The notes below the pieces were generated by a model, which was not told the origin of the DNA, did not search any database, and was given only the letters and a program-made list of their open reading frames with translations. From a virus (lineage: Duplodnaviria; Caudoviricetes): a stretch of 48,648 nt of DNA. A program made the translations under genes and the position numbers. Shown here in pieces: positions 29,233-38,104 of the stretch (positions are counted from its first letter, which is position 1; every line of letters begins with the position of its first letter). The stretch lies in IMG/VR virus record IMGVR_UViG_3300006188_000011, positions 1 to 48,648 of that record. One strand, written 5' to 3'.

Positions 29233-30443
29233 GCGGCCCCTGCCATCATATCGGAAAAGTCCAGCCCGACCGGAGGCCAGGCAATCGCGACCCGTCGATC
29301 GGGCCGCAGGATTCGCGCGCGGCCGCGCGCCATGGCCGCGGCGGTGGCGATGCGCTCCGAATCGCCGTCGCCGAGCAGCACCACGTCGCGCACATGGTCG
29401 GGAATCCAGAACGCATCGTCGGGCGCCCGATCGGCCAGCGGCACGGGGCCGGGCACCATCACGGACCGCACGCGGCCGTTCTTGTCCGCCTTGGTGGCAG
29501 TCGGATGCGCGAAGCGGGACGCGGGATCGGCCGGGCCGGTCAGGTTGCCTATATCGCCGGCCGCGAAATAGAACGTGTCATCGCGCCAGCCTTCCGCCCG
29601 GCCCACGGCGGCGGTATTTTCGATCCCCTCGCCGCCGACCCACCGCAGCGCAGCAGGCGCGCCGCAGATCGGGATAAGGCCGCCCTTCTTGCTGCCCCGC
29701 ATTTTTTTGGAAGGCAGAACCTCGCCCGTGGCCGGATCGGCAATCGACGGGCGGAACTTCGGCGCATGGTCGAGGTCGATCCATGTGATATGGCAGCCGA
29801 TCACGCCCATATCCGGCCCGATGAACGGCGCGACCATGGCCGGACCTTCATAGATGACCTCATCGCCATGCCAGTAGGGCACGGAAGGCGCCACGCGCAG
29901 CCAGTGCGAGTCTGGGGCATTGGCCCCGCGCCGCATCAGATAAAAGCGCCCCTGCACCAAGGCGTTGGTGCTCAAATCGTCCGCGCGGTCATAGATCCCG
30001 CGCGCCTTGTTGCGCTCCCGTTCGCGGAAATCGGCCTGCTTTGCTTCCCTTTCGGCCTGATCGGCCTCATTGTCGCGGCGGCGCTGTTCCAATCGGGCGA
30101 GGCGCTCGGTGCGTTCCTCGTCGGTTTCGCGCTCGCCGCCATCGGGGATCGGCTGGCCGGTGAGGATCGAGCAGGCCTCCATCAGCCCCTCGCGGGTACG
30201 CACGTTCAGCCCGTGGATATGGGCGGCCATGCCGATGGCGTCGTTCCCGCCTTCGCCGGCGTGGCGGCAGTTCCACTTGTTCTTTGTGGTGTTGAAGGCG
30301 AAACCGTCCTTTCCGCCGCAGGCTGGGCAGGGTTGCGGGTGCTCGCTGCCCTTGGCGCGGAATTTCAGGCCGAGGCGCTTCGCCCCTTCGGCGATCGATA
30401 CGGCACGGGCATCTTCGACAAAGAGTTTGAGGACGGCGTTCAT
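29229..30443 (-). CDS. P4 alpha-type zinc-binding/TOPRIM primase
   Basis: PCPACGGKD.F...WNCR zinc finger; H.TW.D, KKMRG.K.GG, GEGIE and GDGD (TOPRIM) motifs. Confidence 0.85.
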   Translation of the reverse strand: MNAVLKLFVEDARAVSIAEGAKRLGLKFRAKGSEHPQPCPACGGKDGFAFNTTKNKWNCRHAGEGGNDAIGMAAHIHGLNVRTREGLMEACSILTGQPIPDGGERETDEERTERLARLEQRRRDNEADQAEREAKQADFRERERNKARGIYDRADDLSTNALVQGRFYLMRRGANAPDSHWLRVAPSVPYWHGDEVIYEGPAMVAPFIGPDMGVIGCHITWIDLDHAPKFRPSIADPATGEVLPSKKMRGSKKGGLIPICGAPAALRWVGGEGIENTAAVGRAEGWRDDTFYFAAGDIGNLTGPADPASRFAHPTATKADKNGRVRSVMVPGPVPLADRAPDDAFWIPDHVRDVVLLGDGDSERIATAAAMARGRARILRPDRRVAIAWPPVGLDFSDMMAGAA

Positions 30444-30700
30444 GCTGCCCCCCCTTTGTCTTTACGACCGCGCTCCATCGCTTGTGCAAGGATCAGATAT
30501 TTTCTGGATGTTGTCTCATAATGGTCTTGCAGCCCGCGGATCGCGCGGGCGAGCGTGCCATCCCGGTAATGGCCCATCCATGGAGCGTGCCGACCGAAGC
30601 CGGCCGACTTGACCTCATAGGAACTATAGCCCGGCATGATCCGGGTCAGATCATTGCGAAAATCGGCGGACTTCAACGCGACCGTGGCGTATTTTATCAT
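30440..30700 (-). CDS. Hypothetical protein (possibly internally deleted)
   Basis: Own ATG at 30700 in an ATGA overlap with the C5-MTase remnant. Confidence 0.5.
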   Translation of the reverse strand: MIKYATVALKSADFRNDLTRIMPGYSSYEVKSAGFGRHAPWMGHYRDGTLARAIRGLQDHYETTSRKYLILAQAMERGRKDKGGAA

Positions 30701-31270
30701 TCCGCAGCCTCCCTTTGCACCGCGAGGTGACCACAATTGGCGGCAACGAGCGCGGCGGCGACAGGCGGGCACACGCTGTAATCCCTGCGCGCGGTAGAGT
30801 TCGCGCGGTACGAGCATGCGCATGCCGATATCGACGATCACATAGGTGACCACGCCAGCCGAGATCGTCACGAACTCGCGGTCATCCCAGAATCCATAGG
30901 ACCGCAGGAAGGCTGCGACCTGTCGCGCCCGGTCAGCATGCGCAGGTGTGAACGGCGGCACGTCGAGCGTAGCCTCGACATGGCCGTGCCGGTCCTTCGT
31001 GGGCTTACCGCCCTTGGCCTTCGAGAAATGCTTGCAGTCCGGCGAAAACCACGCCAGCCCGACATGCGCCCCGCGCAGATAGTCGAGCGGGTCGATCCGG
31101 TAGACGTTTTCGGAAATATGCAGCGTCTGGGGATGGTTGGCCTCATGCAGGGCCAGCGCTGCCGGGTTGTGGTTGATGGCGATATCGGGCGACCGGCCAA
31201 GCGCCATCTCGATGCCGGTCGAAGCACCGCCTCCGCCGGCAAAGGAATCTACGATCAGGTGCGCGCTCAT
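30697..31270 (-). pseudogene. C5 cytosine DNA methyltransferase remnant (two deletions, frameshift)
   Basis: Motif I (DSFAGGGG) and IV (FSPDC) run straight into the motif IX region (DIGMRML.PRELYRAQG). The motif X tail (SVCPPVAAALVAANC) is in another frame. Motifs VI-VIII are absent. Confidence 0.8.
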
Positions 31271-31500
31271 TCTGGCCACCCGTAATTATGGAAGGCCACA
31301 TCCTTCGGCGCATAGGGCCTGACGGGTCTGATGGAAAGCTCCTCAATCCCGCGCAGCGTCATGCCGCTGGCCTCGACAAGTTCGCGGGCCGTGCAGCCCA
31401 TCTCGCGCAGGAGCGCCAGCCCTTCCAGCACCATGGGGAGGGGCATATCGGGGATAAAGCTTTTGGGCGTAATGCTGCCCGGATGGCCGAATGCGGTCAT
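31267..31500 (-). CDS. Hypothetical protein
   Basis: Coupled ORF MTAFGHPG... Confidence 0.5.
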   Translation of the reverse strand: MTAFGHPGSITPKSFIPDMPLPMVLEGLALLREMGCTARELVEASGMTLRGIEELSIRPVRPYAPKDVAFHNYGWPE

Positions 31501-31745
31501 GGCAAGGCCCTTCTGTTGGCGACTATGGTGGAAACGGCGAAAAAGGAAGGCTCGCGCCCCAGCCAGCCGCAAAGCGCGTGGAACGATTCCTCGCCTATGG
31601 GGCGACCGGAAATAACGCGGTTCACGTCGTCGGCGGGGATGCGGCACATGCCCGCCACCGCGCCGGGCGTCATGCGGTCGAGGATGCGCTTGCGATCCAC
31701 ATACATGCCGAAAATCGTGAAATCGGGGGCAGGGGAAGCGGTCAT
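31497..31745 (-). CDS. Small HTH-like protein
   Basis: VA...I....V.R...G.PI...F.ALC.WLG pattern of XRE-like phage proteins. Confidence 0.5.
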   Translation of the reverse strand: MTASPAPDFTIFGMYVDRKRILDRMTPGAVAGMCRIPADDVNRVISGRPIGEESFHALCGWLGREPSFFAVSTIVANRRALP

Positions 31746-31769
31746 CGCCCGGCCCTTACGTGGAAAAAA

Positions 31770-31823
31770 TTCGGACAAAATTGTCCGAACGCGCTTGACA
31801 TTCGGACAATTTTGTCCGATATT
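31770..31823 (+). promoter_or_regulatory. hicAB promoter with two palindromic operators
   Basis: TTCGGACAAAATTGTCCGAA (31770-31789) and TTCGGACAATTTTGTCCGAT (31801-31820) flank TTGACA (31795-31800). Confidence 0.8.
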
Positions 31824-31847
31824 GCTTGCATAGAAACGGAGATGCCA

Positions 31848-32045
31848 ATGGACAAACGGGACCGCTTCATTGCGGAACTAAGGGACGAAGCGAAAGCGAA
31901 GGGGCTGGCATTCAGGGTCAGCAAGACCAAAGGGAAAGGGGGGCATGCCACTGTCTGGTGCGGCGACCGTTTCACCACCCTGCCGAGCCGGGAAATAGAC
32001 CCCAAAACGGCAGCGAAAATCAGGAAAGGGTTGGGCCTCGTATGA
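31848..32045 (+). CDS. hicA: HicA-family toxin
   Basis: 65 aa, basic; GKGGH catalytic His motif; EI....A.KI.K.LGL; GGAG ribosome-binding site. Confidence 0.85.
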   Translation: MDKRDRFIAELRDEAKAKGLAFRVSKTKGKGGHATVWCGDRFTTLPSREIDPKTAAKIRKGLGLV

Positions 32046-32083
32046 GGCCCGCCCATCACACAAAGGATCGAAGGGCCAGAAGA

Positions 32084-32512
32084 ATGAAAACATATGCTTA
32101 CGCGGCGGCTTTCGAGCCGACCGAGAGGGAGGGCGGCTTCGTGGTCACCTTCCCGGACGTGCCGGAGGCGATTACGGAAGGCGACGATATGGCGGACGCG
32201 CGCGAGCAAGCCGCCGACGCGCTTGGCGTGGGGCTGCTCACCTATCTGGAGATGGGGCGAGAATTGCCGGAAGCCAAGGCTTCCGGCGAGATGATAACGC
32301 CCGACGCCGATGTAGCCATGAAGATCGCGCTGATCGAGACGTTCCGCGCGTCCGGCATCACACGAATGGAGCTGGCGCGCCGGATCGGCAAGGATGAAAA
32401 GGAAGCGCGCCGAATGCTCGACCCCGGCAAATCGACAAAGCTTCCGCTTATGGCGGCTGCGCTCGCGGCCATGGGACAGCGGCTGGTGATCGGACTGGAG
32501 GCTGCGGAGTAG
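32084..32512 (+). CDS. hicB: HicB-family antitoxin with C-terminal HTH
   Basis: GGFVVTFPDVPEAITEGD...A...A.DAL motif; HTH ELARR.G..E...RR.LDP...TK. Confidence 0.9.
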   Translation: MKTYAYAAAFEPTEREGGFVVTFPDVPEAITEGDDMADAREQAADALGVGLLTYLEMGRELPEAKASGEMITPDADVAMKIALIETFRASGITRMELARRIGKDEKEARRMLDPGKSTKLPLMAAALAAMGQRLVIGLEAAE

Positions 32513-32520
32513 AACGGGCA

Positions 32521-33747
32521 TCATTCCGCCGCCTCGCTGCCGAACAGCGGGCCGGGACCGACCGATATGGATGGCGCGTCTTGCACGCGCCATTCTTTTT
32601 CTATGCGGCGTTTGGCGATCCCGGCATATTCCGGGTTCAGTTCGATCAGTATGGCCTGCCGGCCATGCCGTGCGGCGACAAGGCCGACCGTGCCCGCCCC
32701 GCCGAATGGATCGAGGACGATGCCGCCCTTGGGGCAACCGGCCAGAATGCAGCGCTCCGCCAGTTCGGGCGGGAAAGTAGCGAAATGCGCCTCTGAAAAC
32801 GGCTTGGTGGCCATCGGCCAGACGGTCAGCGGCGCGGGTTCGTAATTGCGCAGATAGCGTCCGCAGGCGGACTGCTCGTCCTTCGACATCTGGTCCCAAC
32901 GGTCGTTGAAACCGTCGTGCCGCCGCCCATGGCCGCGCTGTTTATCGAGTGTTTTTGCCTTTTCCCGGCCTTCCCTATGGTGGCTTCCGTGACCGCCGGC
33001 GCCGGTGTCCCAACCATCTGGCATCTGAAGCCGCTCGATAGACGTTTCCGCCAAGCCCTGCCGGACGGCCTCGGCATCGTAGAACGCGCCCATGCGCAGC
33101 CAGCGGGCACCCTCCCGCGCCGGATCGGTGATCAGCCGGCAACGCTCCGACAGGTCTGGCGCGAAACTGATTTCGCCGGTATCGCGGGCGCGCCATACGT
33201 CGGCATCGTCGCTCTTGGTCAGCATGAAGATTTTCTCATGCGCGCTGGAAGGCCGGTATGCGCCCGACGAATCCGGCATCGGGTTGGGCTTGCCCCAGAT
33301 GATCTCCGACCGCACCCACCACCCGGCATCCTGCAAGGCGATCGCCAGCCGGTGCGGGAGCATCAACAGATCCTTGGGCTTGATGCTTCCACCGATGGTG
33401 GAAAAGGGCTTGTCGCGGAAAGTGCGGTCATCCGTACCGGCGGCCTTGCACTCCGCTGCGGATCGCCCGTTCGGGGCCGCCGCGTAGCAGTCGCCATAAT
33501 TCAGCCAGCAGGTGCCGGTGGGTTTCAGCACGCGCCGTAATTGCTCGAACACCTCAACCATGACGGACAGATGCTCGGCGAGCGTCGGCTCCATGCCGAT
33601 CTGTCCTTCAACGCCGTAATCGCGCAGGCCCCAATAGGGCGGCGACGTGACGATGCAATCGACGCTGTCGGCGGGCATCCGCGCCAGCGCGGCCATGCAG
33701 TCCTCGACCACGATCTGAATGCGCCCGGCGAGAACGGAAATCGTCAT
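32521..33747 (-). CDS. Beta-class N4-C/N6-A DNA methyltransferase (orphan)
   Basis: Motif IV VTSPPYW precedes HFATFP and motif I VLDPFGG.GT; start at the ATG at 33747. Confidence 0.92.
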   Translation of the reverse strand: MTISVLAGRIQIVVEDCMAALARMPADSVDCIVTSPPYWGLRDYGVEGQIGMEPTLAEHLSVMVEVFEQLRRVLKPTGTCWLNYGDCYAAAPNGRSAAECKAAGTDDRTFRDKPFSTIGGSIKPKDLLMLPHRLAIALQDAGWWVRSEIIWGKPNPMPDSSGAYRPSSAHEKIFMLTKSDDADVWRARDTGEISFAPDLSERCRLITDPAREGARWLRMGAFYDAEAVRQGLAETSIERLQMPDGWDTGAGGHGSHHREGREKAKTLDKQRGHGRRHDGFNDRWDQMSKDEQSACGRYLRNYEPAPLTVWPMATKPFSEAHFATFPPELAERCILAGCPKGGIVLDPFGGAGTVGLVAARHGRQAILIELNPEYAGIAKRRIEKEWRVQDAPSISVGPGPLFGSEAAE

Positions 33748-33872
33748 CGGCCAGCCCCCATCAGGGCGAGGAACATCGCAATCCATGCGCCGCCGAGCGT
33801 GCAGCCGACACAGAGCGCGGCGATGAGCAGGATCAGGCTTGCCATTTGCGGGTCTTTGGGGCGCTGCATCAT
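33744..33872 (-). CDS. Small membrane peptide (42 aa)
   Basis: MMQRPKDPQMASLILLIAALCVGCTLGGAWIAMFLALMGAGR; ATGA overlaps at both ends. Confidence 0.5.
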   Translation of the reverse strand: MMQRPKDPQMASLILLIAALCVGCTLGGAWIAMFLALMGAGR

Positions 33873-34375
33873 TCGTCCCCGACCACATGCAGCGCGGTGT
33901 CGCCGCGCCGGGCCTTGGCGATGTGGCCGGACAGTTCCCGGCGCAGGCCGTCGATATTGCGTGCGGCGTCGGCCACAGACTTGTCGAGCTTGACCGCTTC
34001 CGCGCCCGTGACCTTGCCGTCAGCGAAAACCTGCGCCCCGACGCTCATGACCTCGCCGACGCTGCGCACGACTTCGGAATGTGCCGCGAGCAGGTTGCCC
34101 GCGGCGCGTACATTGTCATCGTCCGGCTCCACCACGCGGCGATTGTTGAGCGCGGCCATGACCGAGGTCACGCAGGCCACGCCGCATTCGGCCTCAAGCT
34201 GGCAGACGACATGCACAAGCATCATGTCGGGATCGAGCGGGTTGTTCCAGCGCCCGACCTGACTCTTGGAAACAGAGACGAGCGTGGCGACGCGCTCGAT
34301 GCCGCCGCAATATTTGATCAGTTCATTCTGCGCCGCCTTGATGCGGTAAAACCATGCGTCGGTCAGTTGGTTCAT
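33869..34375 (-). CDS. Phage CII-like regulatory protein
   Basis: GG.E..A....VSKSQVGRW.N HTH; LE..CG; ..ADG.VT..EA pattern; downstream of cro. Confidence 0.65.
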   Translation of the reverse strand: MNQLTDAWFYRIKAAQNELIKYCGGIERVATLVSVSKSQVGRWNNPLDPDMMLVHVVCQLEAECGVACVTSVMAALNNRRVVEPDDDNVRAAGNLLAAHSEVVRSVGEVMSVGAQVFADGKVTGAEAVKLDKSVADAARNIDGLRRELSGHIAKARRGDTALHVVGDE

Positions 34376-34559
34376 GGCGAAGCCCTCGCAAGGCAAGGCT
34401 TTCCCGTGGCGGGAAAAGCCGCTGTATTTTCCCGTTAAGGGAAGGGATTTTTCGTGTCAGATTGCCGGGGTCAGATAGCTAGGGAGGTCCGGACGAAGCC
34501 CGGTGGATTAGCCGGTCGAAGGCAAGTCGGACCCTCTGGAAAACTTGAGAGAAAACGTG

Positions 34560-34862
34560 ATGCCGATCCAGCCGATAGAAACCGAACTGGCGAAAGAAAT
34601 GATCCGATGCGCGCTTTTCCGCGAGGCCCTCATAGAGACGGCCATAGGGTTCCGGCGGCGGGACCCGAAGGGATTCGACATAATGGAAAGCCGATTGAAA
34701 GAGATTCCCGCCCGCCTCAACGTCCGCAAGACCCTTCAGGCGGTGGCTGCGGAGGCTGGCGCGCTGGAGTTCGATGTGCTTCAGCAGGAAGCCATAGGAG
34801 TAGCGTTCGAATCCCTTGTCCAGGCGCTGCGCGTGGCCGCGAAGCGAGCGCAGCACAGGTGA
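34560..34862 (+). CDS. Hypothetical protein inserted antisense in the early-left operon
   Basis: 100-aa ORF with natural helical composition. Confidence 0.5.
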   Translation: MPIQPIETELAKEMIRCALFREALIETAIGFRRRDPKGFDIMESRLKEIPARLNVRKTLQAVAAEAGALEFDVLQQEAIGVAFESLVQALRVAAKRAQHR

Positions 34863-35035
34863 CCATCCGGACGCAAGAATGCCCGTCTCGTCTTCGGCGA
34901 TATCCCGATCCAGCCGCGCGATGCTGCGCTGCGTCAGAAGTAGCAGGCGACGAACGCGCACCCGATCCCAATCGCGGCGGGAATGGCCGTGAAGGAAAGC
35001 GCAACGCGCATCGTCGAGGCGGCGGCGGAGGGAAG

Positions 35036-35281
35036 TCATGCAGCCGCTCCTTCGCCCCTGCTGTGCCGCAGCCACGCCAACCGCGTACGATGCATGTCCA
35101 GAGGGGACACCTCGCCGCCGGTCAATTGTTCGATGCGTTCGATGATATCGGCGTCGGCGCGGGCGCGCCCGGTTTCCCAGTTCCAGACGCTGGAACCGCC
35201 GCGGGCTGCCGTGATGTTGAGCCGCCGGGCGACTTCATCGCACGACAACCCCTCGCGTTTGCGCCATTCAGCAAGATTCAT
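35036..35281 (-). CDS. cro: Cro-like XRE repressor
   Basis: L.EWR...GLS...VA..L......V..WE.G...I...TGGEV...D; divergent from cI. Confidence 0.8.
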   Translation of the reverse strand: MNLAEWRKREGLSCDEVARRLNITAARGGSSVWNWETGRARADADIIERIEQLTGGEVSPLDMHRTRLAWLRHSRGEGAAA

Positions 35282-35302
35282 GACCAACTCCTTCGGAACT
35301 TA

Positions 35303-35373
35303 TATCGCACAAAATGCGATACAAAAGTCAAGGGTCTTATCGCATTTTTTTCGATAACGCAGATTTAGCGATA
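35303..35373. promoter_or_regulatory. Operator triplet (OR-like) between cro and cI
   Basis: 19-bp TATCGCA-N5-TGCGATA at 35303 (perfect), 35338 and 35355; minus-strand TTGACT -35 at 35331-35326. Confidence 0.85.
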
Positions 35374-35389
35374 TTGGTATGTTTAGGCC

Positions 35390-36016
35390 ATGAAGAACAG
35401 GATCAGAGAGATACGGGAATCCTTGGGGCTTTCGCAGACGGAACTCGGCGAGAGGGTCGGGGCGCACTGGCAGACGGTGCATCGCGCCGAGACGGGGAAG
35501 GTCAACCTCACGGATGACAAGCTCGACATCTACGCGAGGGCGCTCGGCGTTTCCCGCGCAGCGTTGATAGATAACGACTCAGCACGAATGGTGACGGTCA
35601 AGGGGTACATTCAGGCTGGTATGTGGGCTGAAACATGGGAATGGCCGCTGGAAGATCAATATGAAGTGCCGGTGCTCGACGATCCCGCGCTGCATAATTT
35701 TTCTCTTCATGCCGCGGAGACGAGGGGGCCATCGATGAACAAACGGTATCCGGAAGGGACTGTGCTCGTTTTCACGGATGCGATGGAGCGCCCGGAAGAT
35801 CTGGTGCCGGGCAAGCGATATCTGATCGAGCGTGAGCGCGCGGATGGCCTGCGCGAGGCGACCGTGAAGAAGCTCTGGCAGGACGAGCATGGCGCGCTGT
35901 GGCTTGTTCCGGAATCGGACGATCCCCGGTTTCAGGAAGCTATTGCGCTGGACGGCAGTGACGGCGATACGATACGTATTCTGGGGCGGGTCAAATACGC
36001 CGTCACCAGAGAGTAA
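35390..36016 (+). CDS. cI: CI-like repressor (HTH + S24 autopeptidase)
   Basis: N-terminal XRE HTH; catalytic G.SM serine and TVKKL lysine; C-terminal ILGRV. Confidence 0.9.
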   Translation: MKNRIREIRESLGLSQTELGERVGAHWQTVHRAETGKVNLTDDKLDIYARALGVSRAALIDNDSARMVTVKGYIQAGMWAETWEWPLEDQYEVPVLDDPALHNFSLHAAETRGPSMNKRYPEGTVLVFTDAMERPEDLVPGKRYLIERERADGLREATVKKLWQDEHGALWLVPESDDPRFQEAIALDGSDGDTIRILGRVKYAVTRE

Positions 36017-36039
36017 TGATGTAGCGAAGGGGGGCTTCA

Positions 36040-36330
36040 ATGGCAAAGATCATCAGGAAGGAAACGAGAAAGAGGGGCATTATCGGATGGTTCTTTTTGC
36101 TTGCTTTCATAGCATTTAATATTTTCATGGCGTTCGGGTTGTTCGCTGGCATCAACAATGCATCGAAAGTGCAGGCCGCCAGCGATGCGGAGCGCGCCGG
36201 ACAGGCTATCGGAACCGTACTTGGAAGCGGCTTCCTTCTGTTCATCTGGCTGGCGGGCGTCGTCATCCTCGGTTTTTTCGTCCTGCTTTCTCGGGGCAGA
36301 AAGATCATCGTCGAGGAGACAGTGGAATGA
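36040..36330 (+). CDS. Two-TM inner-membrane protein co-transcribed with cI
   Basis: Basic N-terminus and two long hydrophobic helices. Confidence 0.7.
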   Translation: MAKIIRKETRKRGIIGWFFLLAFIAFNIFMAFGLFAGINNASKVQAASDAERAGQAIGTVLGSGFLLFIWLAGVVILGFFVLLSRGRKIIVEETVE

Positions 36331-36644
36331 GGCGCGTACTTCTTGCCGTCGCTATCGGCGTCACCTTGTCCGCCGCGCCGGCGCGCGCCGACAGCATGGT
36401 GGTCGCCAATGAACTCGGAACGATTCTCGGGTCAGAGGAGTATTGCGGCCTGTCCCTTAATCAGGCGGGTATAGAAGCGTATATTGAAAAGCGCGTCAGG
36501 GCGGACGATACGCAATTCGCGCCCATGCTCAACATGATGACGGAAGGCACGAAAGTTGAACTACGGGACCAGAGCCCGGCTTCGAAGGTAGCCCATTGCG
36601 CTCAAGTCAGGCGATCCGCGAAGGCGCACAGTCTCTTAAACTGA
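36327..36644 (+). CDS. Secreted/periplasmic small protein
   Basis: Signal peptide ending in A-R-A; two Cys residues. Confidence 0.7.
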   Translation: MRRVLLAVAIGVTLSAAPARADSMVVANELGTILGSEEYCGLSLNQAGIEAYIEKRVRADDTQFAPMLNMMTEGTKVELRDQSPASKVAHCAQVRRSAKAHSLLN

Positions 36645-36670
36645 ACCCATTCGGCATATCGGTAGTCCAC

Positions 36671-36700
36671 AAAAGCCCGGCGCGAGCCGGGCTTTTTCTT
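36671..36700 (+). terminator. Rho-independent terminator of the cI operon
   Basis: aaaagcccggc-gcga-gccgggctttt followed by tctt. Confidence 0.85.
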
Positions 36701-36707
36701 TGCGGTG

Positions 36708-36803
36708 ATTCGCAAAAGATGCGATATTAAGTCCTTGATAATCCGCTATATCGCAAAAAATGCGATAATGGGTATTGACAGAATATCGCAAATAATTCGA
36801 TAT
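36708..36803 (+). promoter_or_regulatory. Operator triplet (OL-like) and early promoter
   Basis: 19-bp operators at 36708, 36749 (perfect) and 36784; TTGACA (36775)-N17-CGATAT, with the third operator lying over the spacer and -10. Confidence 0.85.
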
Positions 36804-36834
36804 TGCCTCCATCGAAACCCCGTTGGAGGCCAAA

Positions 36835-37395
36835 ATGAATATCCCCTTCAATCAAAAAGCACATCAGCCGCGCCCCGCCAGCCCCGTTCGCAACACTGAT
36901 CCGCGCGCGGCTGAAACCACCGCGCACACCGTCGCCGTCATCATGGCCCGCGCGATGCAGGATATCGCCGCCTCAAGGGGCAGCGTGCAGTTCCGCGACC
37001 TGATCGGCGCGGGCTTCACTTCGTCGGAAATCATTGAGTTCCACGGTCAGGCCAGCAGGCTCGCGACCGAATGGAGCGCGGAGAAGCGTACCGCGCCCTT
37101 CGACGCCATCGAGGATATGAAGCTCAAGATCCGCGAGCCGCTGCCGAACCGCCCGCCCATGACGGAAAACCTCACCACGTCGCCGGAGTTCTTCGAGGCG
37201 TGGGGTCGCTATTGCGCGGGCAGGGCGGCGCTGCTGCTCGATCCGTGGGCGCCGCAGCGTGAGCGCTGCCTGATGCTACTGCACGGTTTTCTGAACATGC
37301 TGCCCCTGCTGCCGGTGGAGCGCAAGCGCCTGCTGGATGCGGCTGACCAGAGCCTGCCGAAGATCGCGCCGGCACGGGCGAGGGCGGCGGCATGA
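36835..37395 (+). CDS. Hypothetical early protein
   Basis: GGAGG ribosome-binding site; first gene after the promoter. Confidence 0.65.
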   Translation: MNIPFNQKAHQPRPASPVRNTDPRAAETTAHTVAVIMARAMQDIAASRGSVQFRDLIGAGFTSSEIIEFHGQASRLATEWSAEKRTAPFDAIEDMKLKIREPLPNRPPMTENLTTSPEFFEAWGRYCAGRAALLLDPWAPQRERCLMLLHGFLNMLPLLPVERKRLLDAADQSLPKIAPARARAAA

Positions 37396-37475
37396 GCAGG
37401 CTCGATATCGCCACCGGGGTGCTGATCGCGTTTTTCACCCCCTTCCTCGCCCTCATGATCGGTATCCCGCAATGA
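37392..37475 (+). CDS. 27-aa hydrophobic peptide
   Basis: MSRLDIATGVLIAFFTPFLALMIGIPQ; ATGA overlaps at both ends. Confidence 0.45.
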   Translation: MSRLDIATGVLIAFFTPFLALMIGIPQ

Positions 37476-38104
37476 ACGCCCCCGTTTATGCTTTCCGGCC
37501 CGATGGTTCCCTGATGGACCTCACTTGCGTGCAGGATTCTGATATCCGGTGGCGCTGGATCGCCAAGGCGCTTTCCGTCATCCCACGCTTCAACGGCCTC
37601 AACCCGGTCGGAGCATATTCGGTCGCGCAGCATTGCGTGATGGGGGCGGACGCGGTGGCGAACGAAACTGGCAATAGCACGCTGGCGGGCTTCTTTTTAC
37701 TGCATGATGCGCACGAGGCATACATCGGCGACTGGACGCGCCCAACGATTAGCGTGCTTTCCCAAGCATTTACCGAACTTTTCGGGGTTCCGGCGGGCTG
37801 GATGGACGAAGCCGTCCACCGCGTGAAATCACGCATCGACGCCCAGATATTCACTAAAGCAGGCCTGCCGGTAATAGGGCTTCCGGGTCCGCTGCCGCAA
37901 CCCGTGCGCGACATGGACGAGCGTATGCTTCAGGCGGAAGCCCTCGCCCTGTTCGGCAGTAAGCCGCCGCAATACGGAGAAGATGACCTTCGGCCACCGA
38001 AGCTCACTGGCGCCATCAAGCCATGGGGCGCGCTGAAGGCCGAGGAGGCATGGCTCGACCGGCTCACCCGTCATCTCGGCATCGACTGGAGGGCGGAAGC
38101 ATGA
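37472..38104 (+). CDS. HD-domain phosphohydrolase (YfbR/YfdR-like)
   Basis: IA.ALS...RFNG, YSVAQH, LLHDAHEAYIGD..RP and D..ML..E motifs. Confidence 0.85.
   Translation: MNAPVYAFRPDGSLMDLTCVQDSDIRWRWIAKALSVIPRFNGLNPVGAYSVAQHCVMGADAVANETGNSTLAGFFLLHDAHEAYIGDWTRPTISVLSQAFTELFGVPAGWMDEAVHRVKSRIDAQIFTKAGLPVIGLPGPLPQPVRDMDERMLQAEALALFGSKPPQYGEDDLRPPKLTGAIKPWGALKAEEAWLDRLTRHLGIDWRAEA

Noticed and set aside
30440-31279. Intact 279-aa methyltransferase as called by the ORF track
   Set aside because: It is a chimera of a deleted C5-MTase and the downstream gene; core catalytic motifs are missing.
32521-33747. Restriction-modification system
   Set aside because: No adjacent endonuclease gene was recognised, and orphan methyltransferases are common in temperate phage early regions.
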